Assembly (NCBI RefSeq): GCF_000008645.1
Contig: NC_000916.1
Span: 60,001-92,000, forward strand
Source of the DNA: Methanothermobacter thermautotrophicus str. Delta H
Lineage (GTDB): Archaea; Methanobacteriota; Methanobacteria; Methanobacteriales; Methanothermobacteraceae
Length of the DNA: 32,000 nucleotides
Direction of reading: 5' to 3'
The notes under the pieces are model-generated. The model ran no database searches. It was not told where the DNA came from and worked only from the letters and a program-made list of their open reading frames with translations. The position numbers and the translations under genes are program-made. Of this stretch, positions 15,981 to 25,118 are shown one piece after another (position 1 is the stretch's first letter; the number at the start of each line of letters is the position of its first letter).

Positions 15981-16967
15981 CTATTCTATATACTGTTTGA
16001 CGTTTTCCCTCACTATGGCTGAAGCACCAAAGCCCTTTATTTCCTCGAGCATTTCAGGGAATCTGCTCTTATCTATGAGGACGTTCACCTGTGAAAATTC
16101 CCTTCCACGCACCACGGTTGGTTCATCTGAACAGTACTTCATCCTCACCAGAAACTCAACCACATCATCTGCACGGTGGTTGGCTATGTTGAACTTGACA
16201 TCAAAGTAGTTCCTTGCCTTGGTGGCACCGTAAAGCTGCTTGAATATCATTTCAGCCTTCTCAAGTTTCTCACCTGTGCAGGATGGACCAGCGTAGAGCC
16301 CTGCACTTGATTCCATGATGGTGTCAATTATTTTAAGGCCGGCCTTCCTGAGGCTGCTGCCGGTCTGGGTGTTGTCCACTATGAGGTCGGCGCCCTTGGC
16401 GATGTACACCTCTGTGGCCCCATCAGAGTTTATTATCTGGACCATCTCATTGTCACCGTCACGCAGCCCCCTTATCTGGACCACGGGTTTGCTGTCCCCG
16501 AAGAGTTCCCTGTAGCCAGGATTCTTCATGAAAAAGTCCCTTGTGAGGTTCGGGTACTCTGTGAAGCACAGCAATGGTCTTTCCCTGCCGGAATTTTTGA
16601 GGAAAAAGTCCTCAAGGGACCGGTATGGCTCCTCCTGGGGTACTGCGACTATCAGCCTCGTCTGACCGTAATCGAGGTCGCCTATCTTCTTTATGGATCC
16701 ATTGCCACTGTTTATGGATTCCTCACGGACCCAGTCCTCTCCTATTATGGCTATATCAAGCATCTCACGGTTCAGTTCGACGGGGGCACTCTGGGGCCTT
16801 GTGAGGTATGCCTTTATTTCAGGATCATTTGTTATCTCTATTTCATTCTCTTCGCGTCCTGGTTCGTATCCCTTAACCTCATAACCTGCATCCCTGAATA
16901 GTCTGTATGTGTTTCCACGGTTAACATTATTTAAACTACCCTTGGGTAATCCAAGAACTATCTTCAT
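15981..16967 (-). CDS. hisG: ATP phosphoribosyltransferase, long form with HisG_C domain
   Basis: [66 protein letters not shown] and the C-terminal EPTVVRG...[26 protein letters not shown] all match HisG landmarks. Start set at ATG 16967 (tGGAGGTGaaagctATG). The track's TTG start at 17054 overlaps the upstream gene. Confidence 0.75.
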   Translation of the reverse strand: MKIVLGLPKGSLNNVNRGNTYRLFRDAGYEVKGYEPGREENEIEITNDPEIKAYLTRPQSAPVELNREMLDIAIIGEDWVREESINSGNGSIKKIGDLDYGQTRLIVAVPQEEPYRSLEDFFLKNSGRERPLLCFTEYPNLTRDFFMKNPGYRELFGDSKPVVQIRGLRDGDNEMVQIINSDGATEVYIAKGADLIVDNTQTGSSLRKAGLKIIDTIMESSAGLYAGPSCTGEKLEKAEMIFKQLYGATKARNYFDVKFNIANHRADDVVEFLVRMKYCSDEPTVVRGREFSQVNVLIDKSRFPEMLEEIKGFGASAIVRENVKQYIE

Positions 16968-17019
16968 AGCTTTCACCTCCAGTATGATGGTTGATTGAGT
17001 CCTAAATCCCTTCCGGAGC

Positions 17020-17529
17020 CTACCATTTTTCCAGGTGTATCCTGTCCGGGTCAAAGAGGTCCCTTGTGCCGGGGTTTTCAGCAGGGTAGCCCAGAGGTAT
17101 CACTGAGAAGGGGATCACGTGTTCCGGGATACTGAAGAGCCTCCTTATACCCTCAACACGATCTTCGAGGGGGTAAACCCCTGTCCATACAGCACCTAGA
17201 CCAAGGGAGTGGGCTGCAAGGAGTATGTTCTGTGATGCGATGGAGCAGTCCTGCACCCAGAATCCAGGGATCTTTTCCAGGCTGCTATCGCAGCATACTA
17301 TGATTGCTACGGGGGCGTCCTTCACCATTGCCCCGTAGGGGTGGACCTCAGGTATCTTCTCAAGCATCTCCCTGTTCCTCACAACTATGAAATGCCATGG
17401 TCTCTCGTCGACGGCTGAGGGGCCACACATGGCTGCATCGAGTATCTTATCTATGAGCTCTTCTGGCACCTCTCTGTCCTGGTACTTTCTTATGCTCCGC
17501 CTTGTTTTGATTGCTTCGAGGACATCCAT
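17020..17529 (-). CDS. Nitroreductase-family flavoprotein
   Basis: [22 protein letters not shown]...[14 protein letters not shown]...GLGAVWTG are classic nitroreductase motifs. Start at ATG 17529 after GGTGAGTAAA. Confidence 0.88.
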   Translation of the reverse strand: MDVLEAIKTRRSIRKYQDREVPEELIDKILDAAMCGPSAVDERPWHFIVVRNREMLEKIPEVHPYGAMVKDAPVAIIVCCDSSLEKIPGFWVQDCSIASQNILLAAHSLGLGAVWTGVYPLEDRVEGIRRLFSIPEHVIPFSVIPLGYPAENPGTRDLFDPDRIHLEKW

Positions 17530-17616
17530 TTTACTCACCTTACCATCTATATGGACCGTGACCTTTATATGTTGGGAGGTCCATAATAGTTTCATAGACT
17601 ACGAACGAGTGATCGT

Positions 17617-17841
17617 ATGAAGGTTGAGGATCTGAAAAAGCCATGCCCGGAATGTGGAGAGGTCGATAAGGACGTTTCAACAGTGAGAAATCCCCAGAAC
17701 AGGGATAAACTCAGGGAGGCAGGCATCCCTGAGGACCAGGAGATTGTGGGGGCAATAAAATGCAGCAGATGTGGATATGTCTTTGAATACTGTGAGGGGG
17801 GAAGCTGCAAAATAGAGGTCAAAAAGATTTCAATTGATTGA
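17617..17841 (+). CDS. Small zinc-ribbon protein (74 aa)
   Basis: CPECGEV...CSRCGYVFEYCEGGSC. Compact ORF in a divergent/convergent gap. No family recognised. Confidence 0.6.
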   Translation: MKVEDLKKPCPECGEVDKDVSTVRNPQNRDKLREAGIPEDQEIVGAIKCSRCGYVFEYCEGGSCKIEVKKISID

Positions 17842-17844
17842 GGG

Positions 17845-18312
17845 TTAAAGGTACACTCCCCTCATGAATCTGAGTATTCCCCCTAAGGGAGAATCCTCCT
17901 TATCCTCCTCTATCTTCAGTTTCATGACAAAGTCTGAGAGCCAGTCTGCAAGTCTGTATCTTCTGAGGTCTGAGGGCTCAACCCAGGCAAAGCCCTCATG
18001 TTCATGGCTGAGTTTCACACTGCCCTCTGCCCTGCACCTGATTATGATATGGGCCGCGTTGATCACCGGAAATTTCTGTTCAACAACACCCATAACCTCT
18101 TCAGGGATAATTTCAAGGTTTGTTTCTTCCTTAACTTCCCTTTTAAGGGCTTCTTCCAGTGATTCGCCTGTACCGATCTTTCCACCGGGAAGCTCCCACC
18201 TGGAGGCGTTGGTCTTTGAATCAGAGGCTCTCTTGATCAGGAGGACCCTTCCATCATCGTCTTCAATGAAGGCCCTCACAGCAAGGATATAAACACTTCC
18301 GACCATAGGCAT
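17845..18312 (-). CDS. NUDIX hydrolase (MutT-like)
   Basis: Nudix box GGKIGTGESLEEALKREVKEETNLEI (GX5EX7REUXEEXGU). Confidence 0.9.
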   Translation of the reverse strand: MPMVGSVYILAVRAFIEDDDGRVLLIKRASDSKTNASRWELPGGKIGTGESLEEALKREVKEETNLEIIPEEVMGVVEQKFPVINAAHIIIRCRAEGSVKLSHEHEGFAWVEPSDLRRYRLADWLSDFVMKLKIEEDKEDSPLGGILRFMRGVYL

Positions 18313-18335
18313 TCCTCATCCATGATTGGGGTTCA

Positions 18336-18425
18336 GGACATATAAATGGATCAGTGGTTCAATTCTGGGAGGTGGTCTATTTCCACAGCCAGAGAGTCCT
18401 GGAGATATAATGGACCAGCACTTCA
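18336..18425. repeat. Two copies of a TATA-containing ~25-nt motif, 65 nt apart, related to the pair at 21889-21974
   Basis: GGACATATAAATGGATCAGTGGTTCA (18336-18361) and GGAGATATAATGGACCAGCACTTCA (18401-18425). On the minus strand copy 1 reads TTTATATG ~25-30 nt upstream of the NUDIX ATG, so it is a plausible promoter. Confidence 0.6.
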
Positions 18426-18439
18426 GGTGAACGGACCGC

Positions 18440-19510
18440 TTAATGGTTCCAGTCTCTGAATTCAATGGAGACCCTAGTTCCACCATGAGATTCGATTTTC
18501 AGATCCCCGTTCATCTGCTCTGAGAGACTTCTGATAAGCTGCATCCCCATTGTTGAAGTACTCATGGGGTCAAAATCTTCTGGAAGGCCCACACCATTGT
18601 CAAATATCTCAAGAAGATAGCCATCATCACTCCTTTTAAATGAAACCCTTATAATCCCCCCTCTTCCCTCAGGGAATCCATGTTTGATGGCGTTGGTGAA
18701 CACCTCATTCACTATGAGTGCCAGCGGCACAACGGTGTTTATGTCCAGTTCAGCGTCATCTATATCTGTTTCAAGGCCTATACGCCCGGAGTCCTGGATG
18801 AATGAATGGTAAAGGTCCCTCACAAGGCCCCTGAGATACTCTCCAAAATCAACCCTCCTCTCTTTGCCGGAGGTGTATAGCCTCTCATGAAGCATGGCCA
18901 TTGCTCTGGCCTTTGACTGGGCCTCCCTGAATAGCATCAGGTCGTCCCGGTCCTTCACGTACCTTGACTGGATGTTCAGGATGCTTGAGATTATCATGAG
19001 GTTGTTCTTGACCCTGTGGTTTATCTCCCGCAGCAGCATCTCCTTCTCCTCAAGGGCGCGCTGGAGTTCAAGGTTCTTCTTCAGAAGTTCTCTCTGGGCT
19101 GCGGATAGCTCATTGTTTAGCCGTGTGAGTTCATTGAAGAGTTCTTTTTCGACTTCAGCATGCTCAGGGATCTCTATTTCGGGTGCTGGGGGTATGTATT
19201 GTTCTGCAAGGTGATAGATCTTTATCATATCCTCCCTTGATGGTGAACCCACAACGTAAATCCTGTCAGAATCGAGGAATCCTGAGAAGTGGTAGGTTTT
19301 AAGATTACGCAGGTTCATCTCCCAGTTATATGCAGCCCCATTTTTCCGGATCTTATCAAGAAAGTTTGAAGCCTTCTCCTGGCTGCCATGGTCCATGAGA
19401 CCGGCAAAGGAGCCCATCCCATGGGGAATGTCAGCACCGTAGCCTGTTATCTTCTCTATGGTTCCATCCCTTTTCAGGATCAGGAACACGCCTTCAATTT
19501 CATCGGCCAT
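18440..19510 (-). CDS. Soluble sensor histidine kinase, HisKA_2 (HWE-like) type
   Basis: Small PAS-like N-domain, a coiled coil ([28 protein letters not shown]), the H-box [21 protein letters not shown], and HATPase_c ([24 protein letters not shown]). No TM segments. Confidence 0.9.
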   Translation of the reverse strand: MADEIEGVFLILKRDGTIEKITGYGADIPHGMGSFAGLMDHGSQEKASNFLDKIRKNGAAYNWEMNLRNLKTYHFSGFLDSDRIYVVGSPSREDMIKIYHLAEQYIPPAPEIEIPEHAEVEKELFNELTRLNNELSAAQRELLKKNLELQRALEEKEMLLREINHRVKNNLMIISSILNIQSRYVKDRDDLMLFREAQSKARAMAMLHERLYTSGKERRVDFGEYLRGLVRDLYHSFIQDSGRIGLETDIDDAELDINTVVPLALIVNEVFTNAIKHGFPEGRGGIIRVSFKRSDDGYLLEIFDNGVGLPEDFDPMSTSTMGMQLIRSLSEQMNGDLKIESHGGTRVSIEFRDWNH

Positions 19511-19601
19511 GATTGTTCACTCCAGTAAGGAGGTTGTACTGGACCTCATTTATTGGGTCAAGAGGGACCCTCCTACAAGGTGTTACCATTGGTTCACCTC
19601 T

Positions 19602-20546
19602 TTAAATGTCAAGGAATTCTTCTGCGACCTTCACAGCACCGGATGCATCTGCAGCATGGAGGTCCGCACCAACCTTCTTCCAGAGTTTTATGTCAACGTT
19701 GAAGGGGTACCCTCCGACCATAACCGGTGGTCGGTCCTCCAGTTCATCCAGGAGCTCTATGATATGCCTTACATGACTGACGTTGAAGGTCATGGTGGCT
19801 GACAGGGCCACAAGATCCGGTTTGAGGTCAGAAACTATGCCACTGAAGTCCTCCGGGGGAGTGTTCGCTCCAAGGTAAATTGATTCCCAGCCATTCATCT
19901 CAAAGAAGTCACTCACCATCCTTATCCCTATCTCATGGAGCTCATTGTTAACGCATGCCGCCACCAGCTTGAGGTTTCGCCTCTCTGAGGCGCTGTAGAT
20001 GTAGGGGTAGAGCTCTGACATTATGCTCTGGGTGACAGATGTTGCATAGTGTTCATGGGCCACCGATATCTGGTTGGTCTGCCACAGCCTCCCTATCTCG
20101 TGCTGAACAGGCTCGAAGACCTGGAGGTATATATCCTCCACCCGGATACCGGATTCCAGGGATGATACTATGAGTTCCCGGGCTTCCCGGGCCTCTGTAT
20201 TCAGAACTAGTCTGAGGTACTCCTCTGCAAGTTCACGGAGGGGTTGGTCCCCCAGGTGGCTTGATGATGGATGTGAAGTTTCAAGGATTTTGAGTGCGCC
20301 TGAAATGTACTCTGATGCCTTATCAGCAACTTCATCATCGGCTAATTTCATAATGGCCCTTTCTATACTTTTAATAGAACCTCTGAGACATTCTTCAGGC
20401 AGACCCAGATTCTTAAGGAGAACATCTGCCCATAGCACATAGTCACTGAAGAGCTCCGGACTGGAGTTGAGGATTGCCTCCTCAAGGTAATCCAGGTGGT
20501 AGTTTATATCCTGCAGGCAGAGCTCCTCATCTGACACAAGGCCCAT
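19602..20546 (-). CDS. Cobalamin-binding protein with a CarH-like four-helix-bundle + Rossmann module
   Basis: W155-x9-E165-H166 (IGRLWQTNQISVAHEHY), E202-L-H204-E-I-G207, LSATMT and VMVGG. The N-terminal ~100 aa are unrecognised. The 5' end is uncertain (see findings). Confidence 0.88.
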   Translation of the reverse strand: MGLVSDEELCLQDINYHLDYLEEAILNSSPELFSDYVLWADVLLKNLGLPEECLRGSIKSIERAIMKLADDEVADKASEYISGALKILETSHPSSSHLGDQPLRELAEEYLRLVLNTEAREARELIVSSLESGIRVEDIYLQVFEPVQHEIGRLWQTNQISVAHEHYATSVTQSIMSELYPYIYSASERRNLKLVAACVNNELHEIGIRMVSDFFEMNGWESIYLGANTPPEDFSGIVSDLKPDLVALSATMTFNVSHVRHIIELLDELEDRPPVMVGGYPFNVDIKLWKKVGADLHAADASGAVKVAEEFLDI

Positions 20547-20675
20547 CTCATCAAGATCTCTGTAAACCTCCCTACAACTGCATTCCTGTCCATTACAGTT
20601 CGCATCAAGCCCCCTCCAAATAGTATTTAAGATGAAACCAAGATAAGAGATTTATCATTTTCACAGGAGATCTTG

Positions 20676-20861
20676 ATGAAGTCGGCGGAAGGTTTCAGAA
20701 TAATATCTGCAACAGGGGAATGTCCATTATGTGTCTACCGGTGTGAGGTGGTGGTTGAGGATTTGAAGGAGGTTAAGGTGTACTGCAGACACCCCAGGGG
20801 TCCGGGTAACCCGTCACACTGCATATACTTCCGGAGGGACAGGAAAGTGGATGGGTATTAA
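20676..20861 (+). CDS. Small Cys/His-rich hypothetical protein (61 aa)
   Basis: MKSAEGFRIISATGECPLCVYRCEVVVEDLKEVKVYCRHPRGPGNPSHCIYF... AGGAGA RBS. Divergent from the B12-binding gene. Confidence 0.5.
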   Translation: MKSAEGFRIISATGECPLCVYRCEVVVEDLKEVKVYCRHPRGPGNPSHCIYFRRDRKVDGY

Positions 20862-20976
20862 GAGATGCTATGTGGATAACATTTATATCTTGCTTTGAAT
20901 AAAAAGACATATTAATTAAAAATAATTATAATTATTATTCATAATAGATTTGCATAATGGATCTGCAGGTGTTAAG

Positions 20977-21858
20977 ATGCTTACCTCTGTTCAGAAGGAG
21001 ATACTTCAGACACTCATTAACCTTTACCGGAACTCAAATGGCAAGTCAATCAAGGGGGAGGAGATAGCCGCCATAATGAACCGGAACCCCGGCACAATAA
21101 GGAACCAGATGCAGTCCCTCAGAAGTCTGGGTCTTGTTAAGGGGGTGCCTGGACCCCGGGGGGGCTACAAGCCAACAATAAAGGCCTACCACCAGCTGAA
21201 CATATCCTCAACAGGCAGGGAGACCGCTGTACCGATTTACAGGGACGGGGAGCAGATTGAGGACCTATCAGTGGCTAAAATTGAATTCACCAGCATACCT
21301 GATCCCGGTGAGTGCGAAGCCGCCATAAAACTTGTTGGAAGTATAAGGAAACTTGACCTCGGTGACAGGGTGCGGATAGGTCCAACCCCTGTTAACAAGC
21401 TTGTGGTTGATGGTGTGGTTGTCGGAAGAGACGATATGGATAACATCATCCTCCTCGATACAACCGCTATAAGAAGCATACCCAAGAAGACCGTTGCTGA
21501 GGTCGCAACCCGTGATCTTGTAACACTCGCACCTGATATAACTGTGAAGGAGGCTGCAGCCCGCCTATCATCCCTTGGAATCGAGGGCGCCCCCATAGTG
21601 GAGGACGATGAGGTTAAGGGTATAGTGACGCTCAGTGATATAACGGCATCCATAGCCGCAGGCACAGAGTTCATGCAGGTTTCAGATATCATGTCAAAGA
21701 ATATAATAACGGTTAAACAGGATACGATGATAGCCGATGCCATTGAGGTTATGAATAAACACAATATTGGCCGGCTGATAGTCACAGACAGTGAGGGGAG
21801 GCCCACAGGCATAATAACCAGGACAGACATTCTTGACAGCATCGCCGGACTTGAATGA
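20977..21858 (+). CDS. Transcriptional regulator: N-terminal HTH plus a C-terminal CBS pair
   Basis: MLTSVQKEILQTLINLYRNSNGKSIKGEEIAAIMNRNPGTIRNQMQSLRSLGLVKGVPGPRGGYKPT is the archaeal HTH-CBS regulator N-domain. Two CBS motifs follow (GAPIVEDDEVKGIVTLSDI and GRLIVTDSEGRPTGIITRTDIL). Start at ATG 20977 after AGGTG. Confidence 0.85.
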   Translation: MLTSVQKEILQTLINLYRNSNGKSIKGEEIAAIMNRNPGTIRNQMQSLRSLGLVKGVPGPRGGYKPTIKAYHQLNISSTGRETAVPIYRDGEQIEDLSVAKIEFTSIPDPGECEAAIKLVGSIRKLDLGDRVRIGPTPVNKLVVDGVVVGRDDMDNIILLDTTAIRSIPKKTVAEVATRDLVTLAPDITVKEAAARLSSLGIEGAPIVEDDEVKGIVTLSDITASIAAGTEFMQVSDIMSKNIITVKQDTMIADAIEVMNKHNIGRLIVTDSEGRPTGIITRTDILDSIAGLE

Positions 21859-21888
21859 ACTCTTTATTTTTAACATCAAACACCTGAG

Positions 21889-21974
21889 GGATATTAATTG
21901 CACCAGCTTTCATATCACCCCTCCACGAAAAGATTTTAGGAGTCCTGGACAAGGATATATAATTGCACCAGCTT
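21889..21974. repeat. 21/22-nt direct repeat GGATAT(AT)TAATTGCACCAGCTT, two copies 64 nt apart
   Basis: GGATATTAATTGCACCAGCTT (21889-21909) and GGATATATAATTGCACCAGCTT (21953-21974). They are identical apart from a 1-nt indel in the AT tract. They lie in the 199-nt gap between the HTH-CBS regulator and dys. Confidence 0.85.
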
Positions 21975-22057
21975 AACAGGATCCAGTACATACCGGCTAA
22001 GGCATGCACTCGAGATCTGTTATTTAATTAAATCTTTACAGTTATCAATCCAGGGAA

Positions 22058-22981
22058 GTGTTAATTTTGAATGTGAATCACATGAATATAACCCAGGGTA
22101 TGGGTGTGGCAGAGCTCATAGAGGAGATGGGACGTTCAGGGGTCCTGGGAGCTGGCAGGGTCCACAGGGCAACGAAGCTCCTGCGTGGGATGATTGATGA
22201 CCTGGAAATGGCCATCTTCATGAGCGTGGCCGGGCCCCTGGTTCCAGGCGGCATGAGGAGGATAATAAGGGACCTCATAGATGATGGAACCATAAGCGCC
22301 CTGATAACAAGTGGCGCAAACCTTACCCATGACCTCCTGGAGGCCTTCGGGGGCGCCCATTACAGGGACTATGGCTTTGACGATGAGAAACTGCACCAGG
22401 AGGGTATAGGCCGTATTGGTGATGTCTATACAAGGTCAGAGGACTTTGAGGTATTTGAATCAGAGAACCAGGAAATATTTTCATCCATATTCTCAGCAAA
22501 ACCCCACATATCCATCCAGGAACTCATACATGAGATAGGAGGCCATCTGGATGATGATATGTCAATAATAAGAACAGCACATCTTCGCGGAGTCCCCATA
22601 TACGCCCCTGGACTCATTGACAGCATGCTGGGCCTCCAGCTATGGATGTACACCCAGGATAACAGGATCTGCCTGGATGCTGTGAAGGATATGCACAGTC
22701 TCTCGGACCTTGTTTTCAGCCATGAGCGCATAGGCGCCATAATACTTGGAGGAGGACTCCCCAAACACTACACCCTCGCATCAACCCTCCTCAGGGGAGG
22801 GGTGGATGCCGCGGTCCAGATAACCATGGACCGTAGTGAGACCGGGAGCCTCAGCGGGGCACCCCTGGAGGAGGCAAAGTCATGGGCGAAGGCCCAGGCA
22901 GGTTCAAACCTTGTAACTGTGGTGGGTGATGCAACAGCACTCTTCCCGGTCATACTGGCGGGGGCATTATCTGAGCTTTAG
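22058..22981 (+). CDS. dys: Deoxyhypusine synthase
   Basis: Family landmarks include AGPLVPGGMRRIIRDLIDDG, ITSGANLTHDL, GIGRIGDVY and IILGGGLPKHY. The start is ambiguous (GTG 22058 or ATG 22082). Confidence 0.9.
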   Translation: MLILNVNHMNITQGMGVAELIEEMGRSGVLGAGRVHRATKLLRGMIDDLEMAIFMSVAGPLVPGGMRRIIRDLIDDGTISALITSGANLTHDLLEAFGGAHYRDYGFDDEKLHQEGIGRIGDVYTRSEDFEVFESENQEIFSSIFSAKPHISIQELIHEIGGHLDDDMSIIRTAHLRGVPIYAPGLIDSMLGLQLWMYTQDNRICLDAVKDMHSLSDLVFSHERIGAIILGGGLPKHYTLASTLLRGGVDAAVQITMDRSETGSLSGAPLEEAKSWAKAQAGSNLVTVVGDATALFPVILAGALSEL

Positions 22982-23026
22982 GGCGAGGTTGGAGATTAGA
23001 CGGGATTATCATTACTGAGGGTCTGT

Positions 23027-23551
23027 ATGATTGAGTTTCTATACCCTGTTTCAGGTTTTCTCATGAAGATTGCCGATGAGTGTGAGGATGAGTGGGGGAG
23101 GCCCCGCACCGGTATGGTGGCAGGTGCCCTCTGCGGGGTATCAGCAGGTTTTCTATCGGTTAGTGATCCTGCAGCAGCATGCATATTCATTGGCATATTC
23201 GCCGGCACAATCCTCTCACTGAAGGTTGACTGCCTGAGCCATGCTGTCGCAGCCCTCGTATTCATCCTGATCATCCTCTCCGGGGGATTACCTGTTATAA
23301 GCATTCCCGCCACGTTACTGTGCACCATGGGGGCCTACATAGATGAGTACGGGAACGACAACCCTGTGGTCTATAGAAGAAGCAGGATTTTAAGGATTTT
23401 CTTTGATTACAGGTTCTCACTTAAGATGGTGGTAGTTCTCCTCGCCGTCCTGTCATTCGCGGGCTTTATGACGGGCTTCGGACCCCTGACCGTCCTGCTG
23501 TTCCTGCTTTTTGAGGCTGCCTATGAGGTTGGAGGCAGAATAGGGCATTAA
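23027..23551 (+). CDS. Hypothetical integral membrane protein
   Basis: 174-aa ORF with ~5 hydrophobic segments. No family recognised. Confidence 0.6.
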   Translation: MIEFLYPVSGFLMKIADECEDEWGRPRTGMVAGALCGVSAGFLSVSDPAAACIFIGIFAGTILSLKVDCLSHAVAALVFILIILSGGLPVISIPATLLCTMGAYIDEYGNDNPVVYRRSRILRIFFDYRFSLKMVVVLLAVLSFAGFMTGFGPLTVLLFLLFEAAYEVGGRIGH

Positions 23552-23588
23552 TGGGCTGAATGGATATTCATTCAGAGGAAACAGGGTT

Positions 23589-24290
<702 letters not shown>

Positions 24291-24446
24291 CTACTGAACT
24301 TTATGTCCTTACATATCTTACATATATTATCCTTTCAGAGGCCCCCGCAACCATCAAGGAAACTTTAATTTAGATCAGAATTTATAGAAAACATTATATA
24401 CCTCAATTTTAAAGTTTACTTTAGAAGGATTCAAGAAGGTGATAAA

Positions 24447-25115
24447 TTGCATATCATGGAAGGATTTCTCCCCTGGCAGTGGTGCCTCCTCTGGTATCTG
24501 CTCTCAGCCCCGGTCATAGTCTATGGCCTCATCAGGATAATAAGGATTGCAGATGAGAAACCCGAGGCAAAACCACTCCTTGCAGTTAGCGGTGCATTCA
24601 TGTTCGTTCTCTCATCCCTTAAACTGCCATCTGTAACCGGCAGCTGCTCACACCCCACGGGTAATGGTCTTGGCGCTGTACTCTTCGGACCGGCAGTTAC
24701 CTCGGTGATGGCACTGATTGTTCTGATCTTCCAGGCGATACTTCTGGCCCATGGAGGACTCACAACCCTTGGAGCCAACGTTTTCTCAATGGGTATAGTG
24801 GGACCCTTCTGTGCCTGGGGAATCTACAGGCTCACCAGGTCCTCACTTTCCACATCAGTTTCAGTTTTCCTTGCAGCCTTCCTCGGGGACCTGATGACCT
24901 ACGTGACAACCTCGGTGCAGCTGGCCCTGGCGTTCCCGATTCCCGGATTTTCAGAGGCCCTGATGAAGTTCATGATCATATTCGCCTACACCCAGCTACC
25001 CCTTGCAGTGGCAGAGGGCCTCCTGACGGTGGTGATATTTGAGAACATACTCAAACTCAAACCTGACATAATGGAAAAGCTTCAGATAATCAGTAAAAAG
25101 GCTACGGAGGCCTGA
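24447..25115 (+). CDS. cbiM: Cobalt/nickel ECF-type transporter substrate component CbiM
   Basis: (TTG)HIMEGFLP... N-terminus and 6-7 TM segments. A GGTGA RBS lies 5 nt upstream of the TTG. Followed by cbiN, cbiQ and cbiO. Confidence 0.93.
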   Translation: MHIMEGFLPWQWCLLWYLLSAPVIVYGLIRIIRIADEKPEAKPLLAVSGAFMFVLSSLKLPSVTGSCSHPTGNGLGAVLFGPAVTSVMALIVLIFQAILLAHGGLTTLGANVFSMGIVGPFCAWGIYRLTRSSLSTSVSVFLAAFLGDLMTYVTTSVQLALAFPIPGFSEALMKFMIIFAYTQLPLAVAEGLLTVVIFENILKLKPDIMEKLQIISKKATEA

Positions 25116-25118
25116 AAA

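Noticed and set aside
16968-17054. Long N-terminal extensions from the ORF track (hisG from TTG 17054, nitroreductase from 17595, mini-ORF A from 13198, Isf from 27680, the FMN protein from GTG 7944)
   Set aside because: Each extension overlaps the upstream gene or promoter, while an internal ATG has a canonical GGTGA/GGAGG RBS and yields the family-typical N-terminus.
21237-21842. A 201-aa minus-strand ORF antisense to the HTH-CBS regulator
   Set aside because: It is a shadow ORF. Its composition is Ser/Thr/Ile-rich, and it is fully contained in a gene with clear HTH and CBS motifs.
18336-21974. A CRISPR array or mobile element formed by the repeated 21-26-nt motifs
   Set aside because: There are only two copies per locus. 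The inter-copy spacing regions share no regular spacer-like structure or flanking cas genes, and no transposase, integrase or terminal inverted repeats are present. I report them as an unexplained dispersed element, not as CRISPR or an IS.
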